Part shown: positions 48,749 to 58,268 of the stretch, piece by piece
Layout of the letters: each line of letters starts with the position of its first letter
Numbering within the stretch: the stretch's first letter is position 1
Assembly: GCA_965206595.1 (NCBI GenBank)
Contig: OZ242214.1
Span: 2,848,001-2,912,000 of the forward strand
Source of the DNA: Candidatus Latescibacterota bacterium
GTDB lineage: Bacteria; Latescibacterota; UBA2968; UBA8231
Direction: 5' to 3'
DNA length: 64,000 bases
Notes under the pieces: generated by a model
What the model saw: the letters and a program-made list of their open reading frames with translations, nothing else
Told to the model about the DNA's origin: nothing
Database searches by the model: none
Program-made: the position numbers and the translations under genes

Positions 48749-50682
48749 CAACGCGCCTCGACATTTCCATCGGCCCGGTGCAAGGGTTTGTCGCCCAGTC
48801 GCGCCGAACCCGCGACCTGTGGGGCAGCTCCTACCTGCTGGCGTTCCTGTCCGCCCACGCGATGCGCGGCGCAAACGAGGCTGGCGGCAAAATCATTCAG
48901 CCCGTTGTCGACAACGATCGGCTCTATCGGTGGGTCTCTGGCCAGCGAGAGGGAGAGCCGCCCCGAATCGGTTCGGTGCCGAACCACTTCGTGGTGGAAG
49001 TGGGGGGAGATGCCCGGAGTGTCGCCCATGCTGGAGAACGGTCGCTAAACAACGCTTGGGTGCGAGTTTGCAGGGCGGTGTGGGAGCAATTCGTTGAGCA
49101 CGGCTGCCCGGCCGGTGAGGGAACGGAGGACATCTGGAATCGGCAGACCGACGGATTCTGGGAGGTTATGTGGACTGCCGGGCCGTCGAATGCCGGAAGC
49201 GGGTTGCTCGCCCGCCGCAAGCACTGGCGCACCCATCGCCCGCCCGACGAACCCGGCGATAAATGCACGGTCATGCCCGAATTGCAGGAGCTTTCGGGGC
49301 ACCTCCGCGCCGAGGGCCGCGACCGCTTCTGGGAATGGGTACGCAGTCGCTTGGGGCCACTGGATCTGCGTGACAAAGAACGGCTGTGCGCCATCGCGCT
49401 CGTGAAACGGTTGTTCCCAAAGGTCGCTCCCGCGGCCCTGGGCTGGGAGGTGGATACTTCTCACTGGCCGTCGACCGTGTACGTCGGGGCTGTGCCGTGG
49501 ATTCGGCGTGTAAAGTCCGTTGCGCCGGAAGAGGGCCGCAAATACGCCGACGCTGTTCGCGACAATGTGCCCCAAAATGTCCTGGCCGAGCGTCATCCTC
49601 CGTTCGCGGGACTCAACGACTCCGCGGCAGGCGACTTCTCGAAGCTCGACGCTAACTATTTTCTTCGCGATTGGGTGCAGGACAAGCGCCGGTGTCCACT
49701 GGCGGATAGCGCGGCGGATGGGACGCGAGATGAACTGGTTCGACAACTGGAGACTCTGTACGATGCTGAGGATGAGGACGGGCGCCTGGGACCACCTCCC
49801 GCGTTCTACGCGCTGCTGCTCGCCGACGGCGATCGCCTGGGCGAGTTGGTGAGTGTGCTGGACGGACAGCGCGTAGGAGAAGCACTGGCGGCTTTCACCG
49901 GCGAAGTCCGCAGGGTCGTGGAAGACCACTACGGGGTGACCGTCTATGCCGGCGGCGACGATGTGCTCGCCATGCTCCCCGTGCTGAACGCACTGACTTG
50001 CGCGGAAGCTCTTTCCGAGCGCTATAGGAACGCCTTTGCGGATACGGACGCCAGGGGCGATGCGACCCTCTCCGCAGCCGTCGTCTTCCCCCATATGCGA
50101 TTGCCGCTCAACTACGCGCTCGGCGAAGCGCATCGGCTGCTCGACACCGTCGCCAAGGACGACAATGGTCGCAACTCCTTGGCGGCGGCTGTACTGAAAC
50201 CCGGCGGGCCATACTGTCAGTGGGTAACTGCCTGGACTCGTCGCAGCGCTAACCGCAACGCCAGTGCAGTGGCCTTGCTTGGTGGTCTGGTGCAGCAACT
50301 CGGTACGAACGCGGCTGAACCCGGTCTTTCGTCGGCGCTCATCTATCGGTTGCGGGACACGCTCACCCGGCTCTGCGGCTGGGAGCAATGGCAGCCCGGG
50401 AATTGGGGCGACCTTCCAAGAGACCTCGACATTAGCGCATTCCTTCGCGCCGAGATTTGCCACAGCCTGGATGTGAGGATGGATGGTGGTGCGAAAGCTC
50501 GCGCCGACGAACTAACCGCTATCGTCTGGAATCTACTCGGGCAAGCCCGGAATCCGAGTCGCGACGAGGCCAACGTCTTCCGGGATGACACCAGCAATAG
50601 TGAAGTCACGCAGGCTGGCATTGACGCGCTTCTTCTTGCCCGATTCCTGACTGACCCTGAGCAACGGGAGGCCGACAGATGA
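48745..50682 (+). CDS. cas10: Cas10/Cmr2 (no HD domain, intact GGDD)
   Basis: SIGPVQGFVAQSRRTRDLWGSSYLL at the N-terminus, YALLLADGDRLG, VYAGGDDVLA (49951-49962). Confidence 0.94.
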   Translation: MTTRLDISIGPVQGFVAQSRRTRDLWGSSYLLAFLSAHAMRGANEAGGKIIQPVVDNDRLYRWVSGQREGEPPRIGSVPNHFVVEVGGDARSVAHAGERSLNNAWVRVCRAVWEQFVEHGCPAGEGTEDIWNRQTDGFWEVMWTAGPSNAGSGLLARRKHWRTHRPPDEPGDKCTVMPELQELSGHLRAEGRDRFWEWVRSRLGPLDLRDKERLCAIALVKRLFPKVAPAALGWEVDTSHWPSTVYVGAVPWIRRVKSVAPEEGRKYADAVRDNVPQNVLAERHPPFAGLNDSAAGDFSKLDANYFLRDWVQDKRRCPLADSAADGTRDELVRQLETLYDAEDEDGRLGPPPAFYALLLADGDRLGELVSVLDGQRVGEALAAFTGEVRRVVEDHYGVTVYAGGDDVLAMLPVLNALTCAEALSERYRNAFADTDARGDATLSAAVVFPHMRLPLNYALGEAHRLLDTVAKDDNGRNSLAAAVLKPGGPYCQWVTAWTRRSANRNASAVALLGGLVQQLGTNAAEPGLSSALIYRLRDTLTRLCGWEQWQPGNWGDLPRDLDISAFLRAEICHSLDVRMDGGAKARADELTAIVWNLLGQARNPSRDEANVFRDDTSNSEVTQAGIDALLLARFLTDPEQREADR

Positions 50683-51788
50683 TTGGGGTCCAACTCCTAC
50701 CGGTGGACACCTGGTTCTTCCGCGACGGCACTCCGTTCACGGCAGATAGCGCGCCACAGGATAACGTCGGAAGCCTGTTTCCGCCGCATCCGCCGACTGT
50801 AGCCGGCGCGCTCCGTGGGGCGTTGGCGTTAGGCAGAGGTTGGAACGGCCGTGGATGCTGGCCAGAGGGACTCAACACAGTACTCGGCGATGGACCGGAA
50901 GATTTCGGCGCGCTCTCAATGGAGGGTCCCTTCCTCCTCCGTGAGAACGAACCACTCTTCCCCGCGCCTCGGCACCTTCTCGGCTCGGTCGAAAGAGACC
51001 GGTGGATTCCTCGCGTCCTACTCCGCCCGGGTGCCTGCGTGACATGCGACCTGGGCAATGCCGTACGACTTCCGGAAGCGGGCAGCACCACGGCCAAAAT
51101 CGAGGAATGCAAGACTGGCGATGGCTGGTGGCTCACACTCGCAGGCATAGGGAGAGTGCTGCGCGGCGAGCTCCCGGGCGAGGTGGTATCGAGCCGATGT
51201 CTCTGGAGCGAGGAGCCGCGAGTCGGGCTGAAACGCGACCTGAGTAAACGCGCCGCGGAAGAAGGCATGCTCTACAGCACCCGGCATGTACGTCTTAATC
51301 GCGGTGTCTCGATTGGGCTGCGCCTCGGTGGTGTCCCGCCGGATTGGACGTTGCCGACAGACCAGCTCATGCGGCTGGGTGGCGAGAATCGCCTCGCAGT
51401 CTGTCAGGAATGGAACGCCGAGCCAACCCTCCACATGCCGTTGACAGAAATCGAGGATAGTGGACAGGTCACGGTGATTGCCCTGACCCCACTCGACCTC
51501 GACGAAGCCGTGTATCGCGGCCGGCAGCCCCTCGATGCACCTGGCAACATCCGGGTCGTCTCCGCCTGCCTAACCCGCCCGCAACGGATCGGAGGATGGG
51601 ACTCCCTGACCCGCCGGCCCCTGCCACTTCGGCCCGTGCTGCCGCCCGGCAGCGTGCTCTTCTGTGAAATAGACGATCCGGGCCTCCTAGTCGATACAAT
51701 GCATGTGGGCAACAACAACCAACTACCCCGGCTGGGGGCGCGGCAAGCATGGGGCTTTGGTCGCGTGGCGCTCGGCGTCTGGCCTTAA
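50679..51788 (+). CDS. cmr3: Cmr3 (Cas5-group RAMP)
   Basis: PVDTWFFRDGTPF, FPPHPPTVAGALR, LGGENR, GGWD, PPGSV, GFG. Confidence 0.92.
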   Translation: MIGVQLLPVDTWFFRDGTPFTADSAPQDNVGSLFPPHPPTVAGALRGALALGRGWNGRGCWPEGLNTVLGDGPEDFGALSMEGPFLLRENEPLFPAPRHLLGSVERDRWIPRVLLRPGACVTCDLGNAVRLPEAGSTTAKIEECKTGDGWWLTLAGIGRVLRGELPGEVVSSRCLWSEEPRVGLKRDLSKRAAEEGMLYSTRHVRLNRGVSIGLRLGGVPPDWTLPTDQLMRLGGENRLAVCQEWNAEPTLHMPLTEIEDSGQVTVIALTPLDLDEAVYRGRQPLDAPGNIRVVSACLTRPQRIGGWDSLTRRPLPLRPVLPPGSVLFCEIDDPGLLVDTMHVGNNNQLPRLGARQAWGFGRVALGVWP

Positions 51789-51805
51789 CCGATAGGAGGT
51801 AACGT

Positions 51806-52630
51806 ATGAACGCGGCAATGCTCGGCTTGCTGGCCGAAACCCCGATCCATCCCGGCGCAGGACGCAGCATGGGGGTTGTGGATCTACCGGTTGCCCGCGA
51901 GGCGGCTACGGAATACCCGGTGCTCGTGGGTTCGAGCCTGAAAGGCGCGCTGAGGGACAAGATGGAAACGGCGAAGGGAGAGGACGACACGAAAGTCCGT
52001 TTCGGAAAACCGGATCAAGCGGGCGATCTGCTGGTCTCCGATGGACGACTGCTGTTACTGCCCGTGCGCAGCCTGATGACCTCGTACCGCTGGGTGACCT
52101 GCCCCCACATCATTGAGCGCTATTTCCGTGACCTCGCCCGGGCCGGTCTGACTCAACGGCTGCCGGTTCCCGACGTGGAGAAAGACTCCGTCCTGGCGAC
52201 GGGCAATGGCAATTTGTTCCTCGAGGAGCGACAATTCGCCATCAACGGTACGCCGCAAGAAGAACTGATCAACGCCATCGCTCCACTCCTGTTGCACGAG
52301 CAGACCAGGAAACGCCTGCGCTCTCAGAAAATCGCCGTGCTGTGCGACGATGATTTCTCCTGGTTCGTACGCTATGGCCTCCCGGTCCAGGCACGCAACG
52401 TCTTGGAGGACGGCACGAAGAAGAGCAAAAACTTGTGGTACGAGGAGACGCTGCCACCGGATACAGTCATGTACGCCCTCGTCATGGGACGTAGCGACGA
52501 TGCTCTGAGGGCGCTTAACTCGCTCTTCCCCGACAGCGATCCCTACCTGCAAGCCGGCGGTAACGAGACGGTGGGCCATGGATGGTTCGCCGTCAGGGTA
52601 CCTTCCGAGGACACCGAAGGTGCGACGTGA
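51806..52630 (+). CDS. cmr4: Cmr4 (Cas7-group target RNase)
   Basis: ETPIHPGAG, VVDLPVARE (catalytic Asp present), GSSLKGALR, LWYEETLP, QAGGNETVGHG; AGGAGG RBS. Confidence 0.94.
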   Translation: MNAAMLGLLAETPIHPGAGRSMGVVDLPVAREAATEYPVLVGSSLKGALRDKMETAKGEDDTKVRFGKPDQAGDLLVSDGRLLLLPVRSLMTSYRWVTCPHIIERYFRDLARAGLTQRLPVPDVEKDSVLATGNGNLFLEERQFAINGTPQEELINAIAPLLLHEQTRKRLRSQKIAVLCDDDFSWFVRYGLPVQARNVLEDGTKKSKNLWYEETLPPDTVMYALVMGRSDDALRALNSLFPDSDPYLQAGGNETVGHGWFAVRVPSEDTEGAT

Positions 52631-53034
52631 AGACCATTGAGCAAAGACGTGCGGCAAACGCCCTTTTGCGTGTCACCGAGTTGAGCAACCGCTCGAATGA
52701 TTTCAAGGCACGGTACCGTGCCTACGTGGACCGCCTGGGGCCGGCAATCGTCATGAACGGCCTGGGCCAGGCACTGGCAACGGAACGTGCAGCCTCCGAC
52801 TCGCGCAACAGTGATCGCGAAAAGGCGCATCACGAGCTGTACATCGGCCTGCAACGCTGGCTGTGCCGGAAGGACGAGGGCGTGTATCCTTCAAGTCAAG
52901 ACCTTTTGCAGGCCATCATGGAGCACGACCAATTGCTTTACCTGCACGCCCAGGCAGAAGCGCTCGCATGGCTTGAGTGGCACAAGAAATGTTGCCGGGC
53001 TCAGTTCCCGAAGGACGAGGAGGGTGAGGAATGA
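52627..53034 (+). CDS. cmr5: Cmr5 small subunit (Cas11)
   Basis: KTIEQRRA, IVMNGLGQALA, EALAWLEW; GTGA and ATGA overlaps. Confidence 0.9.
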   Translation: MKTIEQRRAANALLRVTELSNRSNDFKARYRAYVDRLGPAIVMNGLGQALATERAASDSRNSDREKAHHELYIGLQRWLCRKDEGVYPSSQDLLQAIMEHDQLLYLHAQAEALAWLEWHKKCCRAQFPKDEEGEE

Positions 53035-54062
53035 CCCTTCCCCTGTACAAAGCGGCTACCCAACCGAGCCGATCTTCCGGGGATCACGCGGGGTTGTGGT
53101 TCGACAAATTCTGCAATCACTGGCATGTCACCTGCGACTCTTGGACGATGTCGGGCGAGCAGAAGCTCATGTGGATCAAAAGCCTCGCGAATGACAGGGT
53201 CGGCGCCACCGATCAGATCGACGAATTTGCGTCTCGGCTTCGGCGGCTAGTCAAAAGGCGTGATGGTCGGTTCGAAGTTTTTACAACGGAATCCCGCTTC
53301 GTCACCGGGCTTGGCCGTAGTCATCCCGTCGAGAACGGCTTTGCTTGGCATCCGACGCTGGGGACGCCTTTCCTGCCGGGAAGCTCAGTCAAGGGGTTGA
53401 TTCGTTCATGGGCGAAGATGGACGCCGAACCCCATCCAAGTTGCAAAACCTTGGATCGACTGCTTGGGCAGTCTGAGGAAACGGGCGGCGTGTGTTTCCT
53501 CGATGCCGTTCCCGATGCTCCTGTACAACTTGAACCCGATGTCATGACACCGCACTATGCCGGCTGGGACGAGAAGAATCCACCTGGCGATTGGCGCTCC
53601 CCCACACCCATCCCCTTCCTCACCACGGCCGCCGGAACGTCGTTTCTGTTCGGTTTCATCCCCTGCCGCGGCGCCACAAAGAAGGAGGATCTTGATACCA
53701 TAGCGGTCTGGCTGCGTTCCGCTCTCGAGTGGGCGGGCGCCGGGGCCAAGACGGCGGTCGGGTATGGTCGCTTTCGTCCGGGCAAGGTCACCACCACTCC
53801 AAGTCTCCAGCAGGCCCCTCAAAGCCCCCACACAAGAAGGGGCGTCGAACCAAAACCCGGGGACCGCGTCCAAGCCGAACTCCTGGAGGAGAAAACTAGG
53901 AGAGGGGGCTGGAAGGCCAAGCATCCGGAAAGCGGGCTGCAAGGCCCGATACAAGACACCGATAACGTTCCTGCCGACGCCAAGCCGGGGCACCAGGTCG
54001 AACTAACGGTCGCCTACGTAAGGGCGAATGAAATCGCATTCAAATGGGGCACACCGTGTTGA
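53031..54062 (+). CDS. cmr6: Cmr6 with a C-terminal extension
   Basis: RFVTGLG, GTPFLPGSSVKG, FLDA, DVMTPHY, PTPIPFL, GAGAKTAVGYG. Confidence 0.92.
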   Translation: MTLPLYKAATQPSRSSGDHAGLWFDKFCNHWHVTCDSWTMSGEQKLMWIKSLANDRVGATDQIDEFASRLRRLVKRRDGRFEVFTTESRFVTGLGRSHPVENGFAWHPTLGTPFLPGSSVKGLIRSWAKMDAEPHPSCKTLDRLLGQSEETGGVCFLDAVPDAPVQLEPDVMTPHYAGWDEKNPPGDWRSPTPIPFLTTAAGTSFLFGFIPCRGATKKEDLDTIAVWLRSALEWAGAGAKTAVGYGRFRPGKVTTTPSLQQAPQSPHTRRGVEPKPGDRVQAELLEEKTRRGGWKAKHPESGLQGPIQDTDNVPADAKPGHQVELTVAYVRANEIAFKWGTPC

Positions 54063-56992
54063 GCAGTACAGATTTTGCCGAGTTCTTCAACAGCCTGTGG
54101 GGCCATCCGCCCTTCGCTTGGCAGCAGGCTTTGGCGACTAGAGTACTCGAGCGAGCAGAGACTCCCTGGCCCGAGGCCATCGCCTTGCCCACGGCGTCCG
54201 GCAAAACCGCGTGCCTGGATATCGCGGTTTTCGCGTTGGCGGCCCAGGCTTCCCGGCTGGACCGGAGGCAGACCATCACCGCGCCACGCCGCATCTTCTT
54301 CGTGGTGGACCGGCGCGTAATCGTTGATGAGGCGTATGAACGCGCCCGCCGATTGGCGAAGAAACTGGAGAATGCCGAGGAAGGCATTCTGAAGACAGTC
54401 GCGGACAATCTCCGGCAGATTGCAAGCGGTGAGATGACCTGCTCCAATGATGTCCGACCGCTATCCGTTCACGTATTGCGCGGCGGCATGTATCGGTCGG
54501 AGGCTTGGATGAATAGCCCGCTTCAACCCATGGTGGTGGCCTCGACTGTCGATCAAATCGGCTCTCGCCTGTTGTTTCGCGGCTATGGACGTGGTCATAG
54601 CACATGGCCGATAGCTGCGGGATTGGTCGCTAACGACAGCCTGATCCTGCTCGACGAGGCGCATTGTGCCCAGCCGTTCCTGCAAACCCTGCAAGCGGTG
54701 CGGCGCTATCAAAAATGGGGGCATACGCCGCTTGGGCGTCCTTTTTACCCGGTGGTGATGTCGGCCACACCGCCTACCGGGATAGAGGATGTATTCGAGG
54801 ATCGTTCCGGCGAAGGCCGCGATCCTTGCCATCCGCTAGGCCGCCGACAATTGGCGCACAAACCGGCGATCTTGAAGAAAGCGGAAAGGGCCAAGGGGAA
54901 GCAGGCCACTAGCGCGATGGCCAAGGCTTTGGTGGAGGCTGCGTTGGAGCTGGTCAACGACGAGCGCCCCGCTATCGTAGTGTTCGTCAACCGCGTTGCC
55001 ACGGCGCGGGAAGCCCATCGGCTGCTATCCGATAGGGAAGACCTCGACGCAGTTCTACTCACTGGCCGCATGCGTCCGGTTGATAAGGACACAATCGTTC
55101 GGCAACGCTTGAACCTCTTGCGATCCGATCTAGCCAATGAGCGTTCTTTGGCAAAACCGGTGATCGTTGTGGCTACCCAAACTCTGGAAGTTGGGGCGGA
55201 TCTCGACTTTGACGGCTTGGCGACCGAGTGCGCGAGTCTCGACGCCCTGCGACAGCGCTTCGGCCGACTGAATCGCATGGGACGACCGATCGCCGCGGGG
55301 GCAGTTATTCTTGTACGCGGCGACCAATCCGATGCCGGGAAAAAGCACGACGATCCTGTTTACGGAGAGGCCCTGACCGATACCTGGACATGGCTCAACG
55401 GATGCAAGAACGAAAACGGTGAGGTGGATTTCGGTATTGCCCATATCGAGGATCAGCTGCCGAAGGGAGACTCCCTTTCCATGCTGAACGCCCCCTCCGT
55501 CGATGCCCCGGTGATGCTTCCGGCCCATGTCGATTGCTGGGCGCAAACAGCGCCGGAACCACAACCTTCACCCGATGTGTCAGTGTTTCTGCACGGACCT
55601 CGCGAAAACCTGGCGGATATACAGGTCTGCTGGCGTGGCGATCTGGACCTGTCGAACGAAGATGCAGGAAAACAGGCAATTGAGTCATTGTCCTTGTGTC
55701 CGCCGAGCAGCAGCGAAACGCTCCCGGTGCCGATCAGCGTTTTCCGGCGTTGGCTGGCTGGAGAAACCTTTGAAGATGACAGTGGGGACGTGGAGGGCAG
55801 CGGGAGTGATACGGACGAAGAAAGCGCTTCCTATAGAGGTCGCGACGTAATTCGGTGGAGGGGAGCAGGAACAGGACCTGAGGACATTACCTCGGATCCC
55901 ACAAAAATTCGGCCCGGGGATGTTATCGCGATCCCGATCAACCATCCCCTTCCACGTCATCAACTTGGCGACCTGCCGCAGGACGCGGAGTTGGACGTGG
56001 GCGATCGCGCCTATTTGCTTGCCCGGGCCAAGCCCATCCTCCGCATTCACCCGAAGTTGGTGGATGCCTGGCCGGATTCCGTTGATGCCACGGAAAACGC
56101 TCGGAAGTTACTGAACGATTTGGAACGCAAGTACGAGGACGATGAGCTTGACGATGCCTTGGACGATCTGCTGACAGAGCTTTCCAATTCGCCCGAACGG
56201 ACTTGGCTGGCGGAAACCGCAAACGTACTCTGCAAGGACCACACCTATCGCATTGTCGGGGGGAACAGCATCACCCTCGTCGGACACCGCATGATACCGA
56301 AACTTGCTCACGCGGCGGACAGCTTCAGCGACGAGGACGATGCGGCAGCCTCCGGCACATCACACCGCAACGGCCACCCAGTCAAACTTCGGGCCCATCT
56401 CCCCGGAGTCGAAAGGTTTGCCCGTTGCCATGCCTCCGGTTGCGGATTGCCTGTAGACTTGGTCGAGGCCATCGCCAAGGCCGGCTTGCTGCACGACCTG
56501 GGCAAGGCCGATCCTCGATTTCAGTCCTTGTTGCAAGGCGGCGCTCGCTGGTTGGGTGGGGAACTTCTCGCCAAGTCTGCTCGAATGCCGATAAATCGGG
56601 CAGCCTATGAGAAGGCTCGGACCGCTTCGGGCTATCCCAAAGGCGGGCGGCACGAACTGCTTTCAGTGTGCTTGGCAGAAAGCGCGTCGGTGCTTTTGCC
56701 GGAAAGGGACGATCTGCGCGACTTGGTTCTGCATTTGATTGCCAGCCATCACGGCCACTGTCGGCCGTTCGCACCGGTGGTGTTTGACGAGCAGAGCGTG
56801 GATGTAGATTTCGAGTTACGCGGCCAAGGGACGCACTGGTCCGGTCCTACCGGCCTTGAAGGTCTCGATTCCGGGGTCGCGGACCGCTACTGGCGGCTGG
56901 TGCAGCGCTATGGATGGTGGGGCCTGGCTTGGCTGGAAGCCCTATTGCGACTCGCCGATTGGCGGCAGAGCGATCTGGAGGAGACACAATGA
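54044..56992 (+). CDS. cas3: Type I-G Cas3 (SF2 helicase with C-terminal HD nuclease)
   Basis: LPTASGKT, VVDRR, STVDQIGSRLLFRGYG, LLDEAH, MSAT, QRFGRLNR; C-terminal LHDLGKAD and SHHG. The start may be 54056 or 54059. Confidence 0.94.
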   Translation: MGHTVLSSTDFAEFFNSLWGHPPFAWQQALATRVLERAETPWPEAIALPTASGKTACLDIAVFALAAQASRLDRRQTITAPRRIFFVVDRRVIVDEAYERARRLAKKLENAEEGILKTVADNLRQIASGEMTCSNDVRPLSVHVLRGGMYRSEAWMNSPLQPMVVASTVDQIGSRLLFRGYGRGHSTWPIAAGLVANDSLILLDEAHCAQPFLQTLQAVRRYQKWGHTPLGRPFYPVVMSATPPTGIEDVFEDRSGEGRDPCHPLGRRQLAHKPAILKKAERAKGKQATSAMAKALVEAALELVNDERPAIVVFVNRVATAREAHRLLSDREDLDAVLLTGRMRPVDKDTIVRQRLNLLRSDLANERSLAKPVIVVATQTLEVGADLDFDGLATECASLDALRQRFGRLNRMGRPIAAGAVILVRGDQSDAGKKHDDPVYGEALTDTWTWLNGCKNENGEVDFGIAHIEDQLPKGDSLSMLNAPSVDAPVMLPAHVDCWAQTAPEPQPSPDVSVFLHGPRENLADIQVCWRGDLDLSNEDAGKQAIESLSLCPPSSSETLPVPISVFRRWLAGETFEDDSGDVEGSGSDTDEESASYRGRDVIRWRGAGTGPEDITSDPTKIRPGDVIAIPINHPLPRHQLGDLPQDAELDVGDRAYLLARAKPILRIHPKLVDAWPDSVDATENARKLLNDLERKYEDDELDDALDDLLTELSNSPERTWLAETANVLCKDHTYRIVGGNSITLVGHRMIPKLAHAADSFSDEDDAAASGTSHRNGHPVKLRAHLPGVERFARCHASGCGLPVDLVEAIAKAGLLHDLGKADPRFQSLLQGGARWLGGELLAKSARMPINRAAYEKARTASGYPKGGRHELLSVCLAESASVLLPERDDLRDLVLHLIASHHGHCRPFAPVVFDEQSVDVDFELRGQGTHWSGPTGLEGLDSGVADRYWRLVQRYGWWGLAWLEALLRLADWRQSDLEETQ

Positions 56993-57921
56993 CGGAAAAT
57001 GAACCAGCTCCAGGTCTTCTGCTGAACGGGCTCGACGGCAGCAATCCGCTCGGATTTCTCGCGGCCGTTGGCGTGCTGCGTGTTGCTACAAAGGCTGACT
57101 CTTACTCGGACTGGCGTGTACGTTGGGAAATGCGAGGGGGGCACTGGTCCCCTGTATTGCTTGGGGACAAAGTGCTTGCAGCGGATGGTTTGATCGAACT
57201 ACTTGTGCCCGCTCTAACGGAAATGAAGGGCGATCATGCGTTTGGGTTTGCCGATGATCTGACGATCAACTGCGAGGAGTTCCGGCAAGTGGCTCAAGCC
57301 GCCTGCAACGCAGCGGATCTCAAAGATCGGCACTACGCCGATTTCATTGCCGCTTTCGGCTGTGATAGCGTCCCCATCTCCGCCAAGAATTCACGGATCC
57401 AGGACACAGCGCTGCGAACCATGAGCGGAGCAGGCCATCAGCACTTCATCGGCTCCATGCGAGAACTGGTTGAAAAAACCAACCCTGGTCATTTGCGCGC
57501 TTCCCTGTTCGAGCAGTGGCAGTACTCAGATTCCAAACCGAGTCTTCGCTGGGATCCTGTTGACGACCGCAGGTACGCCCTGCGTTGGAAGGAACCTTCG
57601 GGCGATCCCGTGCGCACAATGCGCGGCGCCAATCGTCTCGCGGTTGAAGCACTGCCCCTTTTCCCTACCGCACCTGGGGAAAGGAACCTGCATACGACCG
57701 GCTTTACACAGCGGCGAGGCGAAGGCGTGCTGTTTACATGGCCAATCTGGGAAGTGCCCTTGAACATTGACACCGTGCGTTCGCTGCTCAGCTTGGCCGA
57801 GTTACAAGAGCCTCGACCAGACCGGAAGAGTCTTTTTGCGAAAGGCGTTGTTGAGATTTTCAGGAGCCAGCGAATTACAAGGGACAAGTATCGCAATTTC
57901 ACACCTGCCGTACCTGCATGA
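56989..57921 (+). CDS. cas8g: Type I-G short large-subunit protein (Cas8g2/Csb3-like)
   Basis: GLDGSNPLGFLAAVG, SGAGHQHF, LRWDP.DDRRYAL, GANRLAVEALPLFP, FTWPIW; ATGA overlap with cas3. Confidence 0.75.
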   Translation: MTENEPAPGLLLNGLDGSNPLGFLAAVGVLRVATKADSYSDWRVRWEMRGGHWSPVLLGDKVLAADGLIELLVPALTEMKGDHAFGFADDLTINCEEFRQVAQAACNAADLKDRHYADFIAAFGCDSVPISAKNSRIQDTALRTMSGAGHQHFIGSMRELVEKTNPGHLRASLFEQWQYSDSKPSLRWDPVDDRRYALRWKEPSGDPVRTMRGANRLAVEALPLFPTAPGERNLHTTGFTQRRGEGVLFTWPIWEVPLNIDTVRSLLSLAELQEPRPDRKSLFAKGVVEIFRSQRITRDKYRNFTPAVPA

Positions 57922-57954
57922 CCACGGCGCGTAGATAAACGAAAAGAGCCGGCA

Positions 57955-58263
57955 ATGAGAGAACCCGACTTGCCAAGAGTCAAGGATGTCGTCGAAGAGA
58001 CCTTGAAAGAGCGATGCGGCGACGTGTTTGAACTGATTGCGGTAAGGCCGGACTTCGATGAATACGGTGGCGAGATTCTTGTCATCAAAGCTGTCTTCAA
58101 CCAGGACCGCCTCGGTGTCGGGCGAACCTCCGGCCTGACACGTCACCTGCGTGCCAAACTTGCAGAGGTGGGCACGGAAGCGTTTCCGGTTATCTCCTTT
58201 ATCGCCAGATCCGAACTGCGGGACCGCGACCTTGAAGCCCTCCGGTTGAGCGGGCCAAGCTGA
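57955..58263 (+). CDS. Small hypothetical protein
   Basis: 102-aa ORF co-oriented with the operon; DFDEYGGEILVIKAVF, AFPVISFI. Confidence 0.6.
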   Translation: MREPDLPRVKDVVEETLKERCGDVFELIAVRPDFDEYGGEILVIKAVFNQDRLGVGRTSGLTRHLRAKLAEVGTEAFPVISFIARSELRDRDLEALRLSGPS

Positions 58264-58268
58264 CATCC

